Made by a program: the position numbers and the translations under genes
Assembly (NCBI GenBank): GCA_038147155.1
Contig: JAYQTA010000002.1
Coordinates: forward strand, 195,595-259,594
Length of the DNA stretch: 64,000 bases
From: Candidatus Australimonas brisbanensis
Lineage (GTDB): Bacteria; Chloroflexota; Dehalococcoidia; Lucifugimonadales; Australimonadaceae
Direction of reading: 5' to 3'
Notes under the pieces: generated by a model
The model's input: the letters and a program-made list of their open reading frames with translations, nothing else
Database searches by the model: none
What the model was told of the DNA's origin: nothing
Shown: piece by piece, positions 53,581-61,851 of the stretch
How the letters are laid out: each line of letters starts with the position of its first letter
Position numbering within the stretch: the first letter of the stretch is position 1

Positions 53581-54212
53581 CGCCCCGCACTCACGAGAGC
53601 AGAGGACGGACCCGCCTTGGGCAGAGTGAAGACGACCTCTGCCCCCCGTTCGCGGTCGGCCTGGGCCCAAATGCGCCCGCCGTGGGCCTCCACGATGCCC
53701 CGCGCTATCGCTAGGCCCAGCCCGCCCCCGCCGCTGGAACGGGCACGGGAGCGGTCCGACCGGTAGGAGCGCTCGAACACCCGCTCCAGCTCGTCGTCGG
53801 CGATGCCCTCCCCGGTGTCCGCCACGTACCCCTCCGGCACGGTGACCAGCATCACCCGCCACAGGTCGGAGTAACCCGCCTCGCCGGGGACGTGGTCAAC
53901 CACGTTGTGCTGACCCTGGACGAGCTGCGGGTTGCCCTGGGCGTCGAAACCGGTGATGAACGCCCAGATGGGGGCCGTCGCCACTGCCCCGCCCGATGAC
54001 GGGGAGTTCGTGCCGAAGTCGTAGTACTCCACCGCCTGGCCGCGGTACCACCCGTCCACCAGCGCGAGCGCTGGAGACGGCTCCGGCGTGGGTGTGGCCG
54101 TGGGCCGGGGGGTGGCGGTGGGCTCCGGCCCGGCGCATGCCGCCGCCACCAGTGCGAGGGTCAACGCCACCGCGGCTGCCCCTCCCGTCGCGAAGAACCT
54201 GCCGATTCTCAT
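53577..54212 (-). CDS. chimeric ORF: truncated lipoprotein N-terminal part fused in frame to the last ~70 aa of a histidine-kinase HATPase_c domain
   Basis: Lipobox LVAAACAG plus PT-rich linker plus ...YSDLWRVMLVTVPEGYVA. It then switches to DTGEGIADDELERVFERSYRSDRSRARSSGGGGLGLAIARGIVEAHGGRIW...VVFTLPK, which carries the G1-like and G2 boxes only. Confidence 0.55.
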   Translation of the reverse strand: MRIGRFFATGGAAAVALTLALVAAACAGPEPTATPRPTATPTPEPSPALALVDGWYRGQAVEYYDFGTNSPSSGGAVATAPIWAFITGFDAQGNPQLVQGQHNVVDHVPGEAGYSDLWRVMLVTVPEGYVADTGEGIADDELERVFERSYRSDRSRARSSGGGGLGLAIARGIVEAHGGRIWAQADRERGAEVVFTLPKAGPSSALVSAGR

Positions 54213-54315
54213 CTCGTCTCCTCCTGCCGTGGGACGGGTGTGCCGTCCGTGCTGGGGAAGACGCTAGCGGGCAGTTCTTACAGAACCATTACGGGCATTA
54301 CGGCCCCGTGACGGC

Positions 54316-55284
54316 TCAGGGCACCAGCACCACCTTGCCGGCGGTCTGACGGCCCTCCAGCGCGCGGTGCGCATCGGCGGCCTGGGCCAGCGGCAGTTCC
54401 AGGCCGATGCGCACGGTGAGCTGGCCCGCGCGCATCCAGTCGAACAGCTCCCCGGAGCGCCAGCGCAGCTCCTCCGGGTCGGTGCCGTAGTGGGCCAGGG
54501 TGGGGCGGGTGAGGAAGAGAGAGCCCTTGGCGTTGAGCGTCTGCGGGTCCACGGGGGCGACGCGCCCGGAGCTCTGGCCGAACAGCACCAGGTACCCGCG
54601 CGGGGCCAGGCACTCCAGGGAACGGTCGAAGGTGTCCTTGCCCACGGAGTCGAACACCACGGGCAGCCCCTTGCCTCCGGTGATGCGCTTCACCTCGGGT
54701 AGGAAATCGACCTCGGAGTAGCGGATCACGTGGTCAGCCCCGGCGGCGCGGGAGAGCGCCTCCTTCTCAGCCGTGGAGACGGTGGTGATGACCGTGGCGC
54801 CGCGCATCTTGGCCATCTGCGTGAGCAGCAGGCCCACCCCGCCTGCACCCGCGTGCACCAGGCACGTCTGACCCGCCTGGAGGGGGAAGGTGGAGGTGCA
54901 CAGGTAGTGGGCGGTGAGGCCCTGGAGCAGCGCGGCCACGGCCAGCTTGGTCTCCAGTCCCTCCGGCACGGGCACCAGCTTGCTCGCCGCGACGGCGGCG
55001 TACTCGGCGTAGGCCCCGCCGGTGCCCTGGTAGACCACCCGGTCACCGGGGTTCAACCCGCTCACGCCCGCGCCCACGGCCTCCACCACGCCGCCCGCTT
55101 CACCGCCGGTGGTGAAGGGCAGGGGCACCTTGTAGGCCCCGGAGCGCTCGTAGGTGTCCTTGAAGTTCACGCCCACTGCTTCGTGCCGCACCAGCACCTG
55201 GCCCTCGCCGGGGGTGGGGGTGGGGATGTCCTCGTAGCGGAGCACCTCGGCCCCGCCGTGCTCGTGGAAGCGCACTGCCTTCAT
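54316..55284 (-). CDS. NADPH:quinone oxidoreductase (zinc-type MDR family)
   Basis: MKAVRFHEHGGAEVL, GGEAGGVVEAVG, VHAGAGGVGL. Confidence 0.9.
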   Translation of the reverse strand: MKAVRFHEHGGAEVLRYEDIPTPTPGEGQVLVRHEAVGVNFKDTYERSGAYKVPLPFTTGGEAGGVVEAVGAGVSGLNPGDRVVYQGTGGAYAEYAAVAASKLVPVPEGLETKLAVAALLQGLTAHYLCTSTFPLQAGQTCLVHAGAGGVGLLLTQMAKMRGATVITTVSTAEKEALSRAAGADHVIRYSEVDFLPEVKRITGGKGLPVVFDSVGKDTFDRSLECLAPRGYLVLFGQSSGRVAPVDPQTLNAKGSLFLTRPTLAHYGTDPEELRWRSGELFDWMRAGQLTVRIGLELPLAQAADAHRALEGRQTAGKVVLVP

Positions 55285-55315
55285 GGGTCACCTCGCCGTC
55301 GTTCTGGTGGGCAGT

Positions 55316-55816
55316 CTAGCCGAACAGCAGGTCGTAGATGGGGATGGTGAGCAGGCCGATGGCGATGGACGCGGGGGTGGAGACGATGAGCCGAGCCGCA
55401 GTGAGCGCGCCACCCAAGAACGGTATCTCGAACATCACAGTGCGGGTGATGGGGCTCAGGCTCCAGGCCGACACGAAGGCCGCGATGGCGCCGGGCCCCG
55501 CCCCGGTGTGGTACACGGAGCCGATGAGCGGAACCACCACGTAGGGCCCACCGGGCACGACGGAGCCGACCACGGTGCCGATGAGCACGCCGGTCAGACC
55601 CGACTCGTTGCCCATCCACCGGCTGATGAGCTCGGCGGGCAGCACCACCTGCGCCATGCCCGCCAGCAGCATGCCGATGGCCATGTTGGGTGCAACCACC
55701 TGGAACATCCGCCAAGAGACACCCAGCCCCTGCCGAACGCCCGCCACCCGGTGCTGGCGGTAGGAGATGGTCGTGGCCCCCACGAACAGGGCGGTGAGCA
55801 CCAGGAAGGTGGTCAT
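55316..55816 (-). CDS. half-size permease subunit (166 aa, about 4-5 TM)
   Basis: Its ATG overlaps the upstream gene's stop (ATGA). Paralogous to the upstream gene (GGPYVVVP, FEIPFLGG). Confidence 0.75.
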   Translation of the reverse strand: MTTFLVLTALFVGATTISYRQHRVAGVRQGLGVSWRMFQVVAPNMAIGMLLAGMAQVVLPAELISRWMGNESGLTGVLIGTVVGSVVPGGPYVVVPLIGSVYHTGAGPGAIAAFVSAWSLSPITRTVMFEIPFLGGALTAARLIVSTPASIAIGLLTIPIYDLLFG

Positions 55817-56373
55817 GACCCGCCCTCCCGCTTCCTCCCGGTGATGACCGAGCCTCCAGTGAGCCGAGTCAGGTCGCGGGAGCGTTCGGGCATCATGCGG
55901 AAGACCAGGGGCACCAGCACCGCCGCGACGATGGGGAACCAGAGGCTGGCGATGATGCGTGCGAGAGTGAGGGGCACCCCCAGGAAGGGGATCTCCCACA
56001 CGAAGGTGCGGTTGGCGGTGATGAGGTTGCGGGCCGCCAGGAACCCGGAGAGGGGCGCGACGCCCGCTCCCGATGCCAGCAGCGAGGCCGCCACCGGGTA
56101 GACCACGTAGGGTCCGCCGGGGGAGAGCATCCCCACCACCATGCCCACGGCCAGGCCCACCATGCCCGCATCGTCGCCCATCCACCTGCCCACCATGGCG
56201 GGCGGGAACAGCACGGTGAGCATCCCCGCCAGGAGCATGCCCATGGACAGGAACGGGACGGCGCCCAGCACCAGGTGCCAGGCGTTGTCCACGCCCTGAA
56301 GCAGGCCGTCCGTGCCTTGCTGGACGTAGGCCAAGGCGCTCACGCCGACCAGCAGCGTCAGGGTGATGAGCAT
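55813..56373 (-). CDS. half-size permease subunit (about 186 aa)
   Basis: MLITLTLLVG...SPGGPYVVYP...WEIPFLGVPLT. The start could lie further upstream, up to about 56440. Confidence 0.7.
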   Translation of the reverse strand: MLITLTLLVGVSALAYVQQGTDGLLQGVDNAWHLVLGAVPFLSMGMLLAGMLTVLFPPAMVGRWMGDDAGMVGLAVGMVVGMLSPGGPYVVYPVAASLLASGAGVAPLSGFLAARNLITANRTFVWEIPFLGVPLTLARIIASLWFPIVAAVLVPLVFRMMPERSRDLTRLTGGSVITGRKREGGS

Positions 56374-56500
56374 GCTGATGCTGGGCCGCCACCGGCGCGA
56401 GCGACGGGGCGCGGCGGAGCGCGCTGTGGGCTGGTGGGACACGGGCCAACCATCCAGAAGTGGTGAGGCCAGTATCGCGCGCCGCCGGGGCGCTGTCACG

Positions 56501-57382
56501 CTACGGCAGGGTGTAGTCCACCACCAGCGTGGGCCACCCGGCCGGGGCGCCCTCCCTGCTCCCAAAGCGCTTGGCGGTGCGGGTGCCGCTGGAAGCGTCG
56601 GGCTTGACCAGCCAGCCGTGATTCAGAGACGGGCTGACCAACCACGCCTGCACATCCGCCATCAGCCCCGCACCCTCCCAGGAGGCGGCGCCGGAACGGT
56701 CCACATTGGCTGAGCCGGAGGAGGTTGCCTCGAAGTCCCCGCCCGGCGCACCCCAGGTGGTGGTGAGTGAGGCGCGGGTCCAGGTGGCGCCGGAGGGGTT
56801 GGGCGCACCCCGGCCCTCCTCGCCTCCCGCGTTCTCCACGCCCTCCGACCAGGAGGTGCTCACGCGGTGCAGCCCGAAGGGGAGGGGCCCCGCCTGGGTG
56901 CGGTCAACGCTGAACGTGAGGCGCACGCCGGTGATGGTGGCGCCCTGGGGGATGGAGGAGAGGTCGAACCGCACCAGCGCGTGCCTTTCGTTGCCCTGGT
57001 TGGTGAAGCCCGAGAACAGGTGCTCCCCGGCCCCGTTCCCCAGGTTGCCGGACTCCCCGTAGAGCGTGACATCGGCCACGGGAGCAAGCGTCACGCTGAG
57101 GCTGGTGGGGGTGGGCGAGGGCGTTGCGGTGGGCGCGAGCGCCTGGGTGACGGTGGGTGTGGGAGTGGGGGCGGGCAGCGGCATTGCGGTCGCGGTTGGC
57201 GCCCCGCTGGGCGTGGATGCGGGCGAGGAGGTGGGCGTGGCCGTCGCTGTGGGGGCTGCGCCAGGGACGGGCGTCGTCGTGGGGGCAGGCGCCGGCGTGG
57301 CGGTGGGCGTGGGCTCAGGCCCAGCGCACGCGGCCAGGGCCAGGGTGGTGGCGAGCAGAAGGGCGGCGGCGCTCAGACGCAT
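56501..57382 (-). CDS. secreted lipoprotein with PT-rich linker and DNRLRE-type domain
   Basis: GGAGG lies 6 nt before ATG 57382. Lipobox LALAACAG. ADVTLYGESGNLGNGAGEHLF...RHALVRFDLSSIPQGATITGVRLTF. Confidence 0.75.
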   Translation of the reverse strand: MRLSAAALLLATTLALAACAGPEPTPTATPAPAPTTTPVPGAAPTATATPTSSPASTPSGAPTATAMPLPAPTPTPTVTQALAPTATPSPTPTSLSVTLAPVADVTLYGESGNLGNGAGEHLFSGFTNQGNERHALVRFDLSSIPQGATITGVRLTFSVDRTQAGPLPFGLHRVSTSWSEGVENAGGEEGRGAPNPSGATWTRASLTTTWGAPGGDFEATSSGSANVDRSGAASWEGAGLMADVQAWLVSPSLNHGWLVKPDASSGTRTAKRFGSREGAPAGWPTLVVDYTLP

Positions 57383-57443
57383 GGGGAACCTCCGTGAGTG
57401 CATGCATTCAGACGCCTGAGGCCGCCGATCGGATGCACCCGCT

Positions 57444-58361
57444 CTAGACGAACAGTTCCTCGACGGTCCACAGGCGCTGGGTGAGCCCCTGCTCGTACAG
57501 GTAGGTGGCGATGGCGCGCACCGACGCTGCGTGGGTGCCCAGGCCGTGCTTGCGCGGGAAGATGCCGAGGCGGCGCATGGCGCCCACGTTCAGCCCCTGG
57601 TGCTCGCCAGAGTCCGGCTCCTCAGCGTCGTAGATCGCGCGGGCCTTCTCGCTGGCCGCCACCACCGCCTCGGCTAGGCCGGGGTTCGCGGCGTGCGACT
57701 CCTCCTTCATCACCAGCAGCGTGTTGATGGGCATGGCGCCGGTGCGCTTGAAGTAGTCGTCGATGAGTGGGTTGGCTTCCTCGGTGAGCCGTTGGACGGT
57801 TGGGGCCAGTTCCGCGTTGCCGCCCGCCACCACCAGCGCGTCGATCTCACCCGCGGCCAGCAGATCCTCCAGCTTGGCGCGCTTCTCGGAGGTGAACCGC
57901 TTGGAGCGCGGGTAGTTGATGTCCCGCAGCGAGTCAGCCTCGCCCTCCACCCAGGTAATGCACTCGGCCGAGACGTCAAATTGGTGCACCAGGATGCCGC
58001 GCAGCCACGCCGCGGGGTTGGAGGCGAAACCCAGGGGCACGCCGATGCGCTTGTTCGCCAGGTCCTCCGGGCTCTTGATGCCCGCGTTCTTGTTCACCGT
58101 CACGCCGGTGAGCGGGTAGAATAGGTTGGGAAAGACCGGGAGGCCGATGAGCTGCACCCCGTTGTCCTTAGCCACGATGTAGTTGGTGATGGTCAATTCA
58201 CCCACATCGTACGGGCGCGTGGTGACCATGCTGGGGAAGATGGGTGCGGGGGCGAAGCCGGGGGAGGAGACCACCACCTCGAACCCCTCCACTTTCACCC
58301 GGCCCTCCACCAGGTGCTTGGTCTCCAGCCGGGTGCCCACCGCCATCTTCAGTGCTGCCAT
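57444..58361 (-). CDS. 4,5-dihydroxyphthalate-decarboxylase (PhtD)-like, cytoplasmic SBP-fold protein
   Basis: AGGAG RBS, no signal peptide. ...HLVEGRVKVEGFEVVV...YDVGELTITNYIVAK... matches the PhtD/NMT1-like pattern. Confidence 0.7.
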   Translation of the reverse strand: MAALKMAVGTRLETKHLVEGRVKVEGFEVVVSSPGFAPAPIFPSMVTTRPYDVGELTITNYIVAKDNGVQLIGLPVFPNLFYPLTGVTVNKNAGIKSPEDLANKRIGVPLGFASNPAAWLRGILVHQFDVSAECITWVEGEADSLRDINYPRSKRFTSEKRAKLEDLLAAGEIDALVVAGGNAELAPTVQRLTEEANPLIDDYFKRTGAMPINTLLVMKEESHAANPGLAEAVVAASEKARAIYDAEEPDSGEHQGLNVGAMRRLGIFPRKHGLGTHAASVRAIATYLYEQGLTQRLWTVEELFV

Positions 58362-58444
58362 CGGGGTCTCCTTGGTGTTCAGTCAGGTTCCATGGGGCTG
58401 TTTAAACCGCGAGCGGCACAGATGCCGCCTTGTCTGAGCATCCA

Positions 58445-59029
58445 CTACGCCGGGCGCGGTGCGGTGGCAGCCTTGAAGGTGTAGGACGTCCCTGTCTCGG
58501 GGTTGTAGTAGCGGCGCTTCACCTTTTCCAGGTCCATGGAGGTGACGCGCACGTACACCGTCTCCTCCTCGGAGGAGCCCTTGGTGGAATGGATCTCGCC
58601 GGGCAGGAAGTAGGCCACGTGCCCCGGCGCCTGGTAGTCGGCCCGGGTCACCTCCAGCGTGGGGCGCGCCGAGGGGTCATCGGCGTAGCGCCAGGCCATG
58701 CGGGTCTGCACGTTGGAACCGCGCTCCACGCCGTAGACCACGAAGGCTGGGCCGTGGTCGTGCGGGGCGGGCTTGGTGTCGGGACGCAGGGCGGGCTGAC
58801 GGTACGCCAGCACCATGAAGCCGGGGTCAGGGTGGCCGGTGGACTCGTCGGCGTGCATCACGTACATGCCGTTGTCCGGGCCGAACTTCTCGGAGGTCTC
58901 CGGCCAGCCGGTCGCGATGATGCGTCGCATGCACTCGGCGATGGTCTGCGCCTGCTCGCGCGGGTCGTCGGTGCCGTTGAAGGCACCACGGATGTCCTCG
59001 ATGAACTGCTCTTCCGTGTAGTTCGCCAC
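58445..59029 (-). CDS. cysteine-dioxygenase-type single cupin protein
   Basis: The AGGAGGAAGG RBS overlaps the upstream stop. GTG start. PHDHGPAFVVYGVERG...GEIHST metal-ligand pattern. Confidence 0.7.
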   Translation of the reverse strand: MANYTEEQFIEDIRGAFNGTDDPREQAQTIAECMRRIIATGWPETSEKFGPDNGMYVMHADESTGHPDPGFMVLAYRQPALRPDTKPAPHDHGPAFVVYGVERGSNVQTRMAWRYADDPSARPTLEVTRADYQAPGHVAYFLPGEIHSTKGSSEEETVYVRVTSMDLEKVKRRYYNPETGTSYTFKAATAPRPA

Positions 59030-59039
59030 AGCCTTCCTC

Positions 59040-60104
59040 CTAGAGCTTCACGCCGTACTCAGCCGCCAGGGCCTGGAAGTCCGGCTCCTTCAGCAGGCTG
59101 AGCGACCCGTTCTCGAACATCGTGCGTTCCCCGTTCAGCACCACCGTCTGGTCGGAGATGTAGGCCGAGAGGGTGTTGGCCAGGCGGCCGATGTGCACGT
59201 GCATCGTCTTGGGTTCCGACAACTGACCAGGGCGCTTCTCGGCGCGCGGGTGCATGCCGCCGTGCCAGGAGTCCACGATGAACGTCTTCTCGTGCCCCAC
59301 CTTCGCCTCGTTGGCGGCCAGCAGGCCCTCGAACTGCTCCTTGCTCCACACGGTCTGGGTGTCGCCGTCCTTCACCTCGGAGGGCGCGGCACCGGCCCAC
59401 TCCAGCCCCGTGAGCATGTTGTTCTCAATGGAGAGCAGCAGGGGCGATGGGAAGGGCTCCTTGGAGGCGAGGCCCGGGTGGTCGAAGGCGATGGTGCCCT
59501 GGGCCTCGCCGGAGCCGACGGGCGCGTACACCTCGCCGGGGAACACCCGCTCGGTGCGGGAGAGCTCGGCGTCCTGAGCGAAGAAGGAGTCCGCCACCTC
59601 GGTGGGGCCCACCACCCGGCCGGACAGGTCCGTGCCCGCGGGGGTGGTGATGCGGTAGGAGCGCGCCTGAGCGGTGATCTCCTCAACGCGGCCGGCGAGA
59701 GCCATCACCAGTCGCCAGTCGAAGCGCGCGTGCTCCGAGGCCATGCGCTCCGGGGTGCGCATCCGGTTGTTGATGCGCACGTGGGCGGCCTGGCCGTTGG
59801 CCTTCAGGTGCTCCAGCAGCGCCACCCGGTTCACGTTGGCGTTCATCACCAGCTTGTCGGTGGCCAGCACCGCCGCGCCCACCACGGGCGGCAGCTCCCT
59901 GCTGCCCCGCGCCAGCGGGTCTATCCACAGGGAGTAGGCCTTGGCGCCCACGGAGGCGAGGACCTCCTCCATCAGCGTGACCAGGCCCGCGTCCACGCCA
60001 CCGTGCTCGTTGAGCAGCAGGACCGACTCGCCGGGCGCGGCGTTCAGGCAGTGCCGCACCAGGTTCTCGACCCCCGCCCGCACCGCCGCTGCGTCTGCCG
60101 CCAT
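59040..60104 (-). CDS. M29 aminopeptidase-T-fold protein, 2,5-dihydroxypyridine 5,6-dioxygenase (NicX)-like
   Basis: GGGAGG RBS, 354 aa. The layout ...VLLLNEHGGVD...TPAGTDLSG...GTIAFDHPG...DSWHGGMHP...HVHIG fits the NicX/aminopeptidase-T family. Assignment is from memory of the family. Confidence 0.65.
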   Translation of the reverse strand: MAADAAAVRAGVENLVRHCLNAAPGESVLLLNEHGGVDAGLVTLMEEVLASVGAKAYSLWIDPLARGSRELPPVVGAAVLATDKLVMNANVNRVALLEHLKANGQAAHVRINNRMRTPERMASEHARFDWRLVMALAGRVEEITAQARSYRITTPAGTDLSGRVVGPTEVADSFFAQDAELSRTERVFPGEVYAPVGSGEAQGTIAFDHPGLASKEPFPSPLLLSIENNMLTGLEWAGAAPSEVKDGDTQTVWSKEQFEGLLAANEAKVGHEKTFIVDSWHGGMHPRAEKRPGQLSEPKTMHVHIGRLANTLSAYISDQTVVLNGERTMFENGSLSLLKEPDFQALAAEYGVKL

Positions 60105-60231
60105 GGCGCACCTCCCGTACCGGCTGCGGCGATTCTAGGCCGCACCTGGCCCGCGCGCCACCCGCTCGCGCCGTTCACCATGGGGGAGCCCGTGCTATGC
60201 TCGCGCCCACATCTCGTCACAGGAGGCCGCC

Positions 60232-61470
60232 GTGGTCACGCCCAAGGCAGAACTGTTCGACTGGAACGAACCGAAGGGCACCAACCGAGCCGGGTTCGGC
60301 AAGTGGAAGTCGCCCAAGTCGCCCTACGACAACTTCATGGAGGCGCAGGGCATCCCGATCCACCGCGCCGTGGGCGTCCACAAGGTGCAGGACCTGCCCC
60401 TCTCCGACTGGAAGCGCCTGGGCGGGCGGGGCACCGGCATCCAACTCCTGGGCACCGAGCACCTGTGGGGCATGTACGTGGTGGAGGTGCCCGCGGGCGG
60501 TGCCCTCAACCCGGAGAAGCACCTGTACGAGGAGATCTACTACGTGGTGGAGGGGCGGGGGAGCACCGAGGTGTGGCAGGACGGGGATTCCCGCAAACTC
60601 ACCTTCGAGTGGGGCAAGGGCTCCCTCTTCGGCATCCCACTGAACGCCATGCACCGGCTGGTGAACGCCACCAACTCCCCGGCGCTGCTGCTGGCCGCGA
60701 CCACCGCGCCAAACATGCTCAACCTGGTGCGTGACCCGGACTTCGTCCTCAACTGCCCGTACCCCTTCACGGAGCGCTTCGACCCTGATGCCGAGGACTA
60801 CTTCAAGCCGGTGGAGGACATCTACGCCGACCCGGTGCGCGGCCTGGCCATGCGGCGCACCAATGTCATCCCGGACATCATCAACACCCACTTGCCGCGG
60901 GACAACCGCCGCTCGTTCTCCTACCGGCGGGTCGAGCCGCACATGGCGGGCGCCAACTTCTACATGAAGATCGGCGAGTACGAGACCGGCCAGTACTCCA
61001 AGGCCCACAAGCACGCCTCCGGCGCCATCCTGGTGTGCATCCGGGGCAAGGGCTACTCATACACCTGGCCTTCCACCCTCGGGCAGCACCCCTGGGAGGG
61101 CGGGAACGGCGACCAGGTCAAGCGCCAGGACTACGAGGAGGTGGGGATGATCTCCGCCGCCCCCATGTCCGGCGACTGGTTCCACCAGCACTTCGGCACC
61201 TCGCCGGATGGCATCCGCTTCCTCATCTTCGACGGCCCCTACGGGCCGGGCTTCCGCTCCGGCCGCAAGCCGGGCGACGATGCCATGGACGCGGGCGCCA
61301 TCAACACCCGTGAGGGCGGCAACGCCATCTCCTACCCCGACGAGGACCCCGCCGTGCGCAAGGAGTACGAGCGCATGCTGGGCATGGAGGGACTCAAGAG
61401 CGGGATGCCCGAGTGGGCCTACACCCACCACACGCCCCCGCCGGGTGCGGCGGAGATCGGCGGCGTCTAG
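60232..61470 (+). CDS. bicupin protein, paralog C (412 aa)
   Basis: AGGAGG lies 6 nt before GTG. SKAHKHASG...WFHQHFG in barrel 2. Tail YPDEDPAVRKEYERMLGMEGLKSGMPEWAYT. Confidence 0.8.
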   Translation: MVTPKAELFDWNEPKGTNRAGFGKWKSPKSPYDNFMEAQGIPIHRAVGVHKVQDLPLSDWKRLGGRGTGIQLLGTEHLWGMYVVEVPAGGALNPEKHLYEEIYYVVEGRGSTEVWQDGDSRKLTFEWGKGSLFGIPLNAMHRLVNATNSPALLLAATTAPNMLNLVRDPDFVLNCPYPFTERFDPDAEDYFKPVEDIYADPVRGLAMRRTNVIPDIINTHLPRDNRRSFSYRRVEPHMAGANFYMKIGEYETGQYSKAHKHASGAILVCIRGKGYSYTWPSTLGQHPWEGGNGDQVKRQDYEEVGMISAAPMSGDWFHQHFGTSPDGIRFLIFDGPYGPGFRSGRKPGDDAMDAGAINTREGGNAISYPDEDPAVRKEYERMLGMEGLKSGMPEWAYTHHTPPPGAAEIGGV

Positions 61471-61524
61471 TGAATAGGGGAGGTCGGGCCGCACGGCCCG
61501 ACCACCGTTCGCAAGGAGGTTCCG

Positions 61525-61830
61525 ATGGCCATCGTCGTGCGACGGACGCTCTTCGAGACGGTGGGCCAGGGCGGGCCGCTGGTGGAGCTGGTGAAGGAGA
61601 TGGAGTCGTTCTTCAACAAGGGCGGCATCAGCACCAAGACGCGGGTGCTGTCCGACTTCTACTCGGGACGCACCGACCGCGTCGTCCACGAGGCAGAGGT
61701 GGACTCGTGGGCCGACTACCAGCGCATCGGGGGCGTGATCAACGCGGACCCGGCCGCGTTCAAGGCCTGGTTCGCCAGGCCCAGCGGCCTGATAGACGGC
61801 GCCGAGGTGGAGGCCTGGCAGGTCCACTAG
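61525..61830 (+). CDS. NIPSNAP/Dabb-like small alpha+beta protein (101 aa)
   Basis: AAGGAGG RBS, high GC3. Weak family resemblance only. Confidence 0.55.
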   Translation: MAIVVRRTLFETVGQGGPLVELVKEMESFFNKGGISTKTRVLSDFYSGRTDRVVHEAEVDSWADYQRIGGVINADPAAFKAWFARPSGLIDGAEVEAWQVH

Positions 61831-61851
61831 GCTCGCTCCCGCGCCGTCTGC

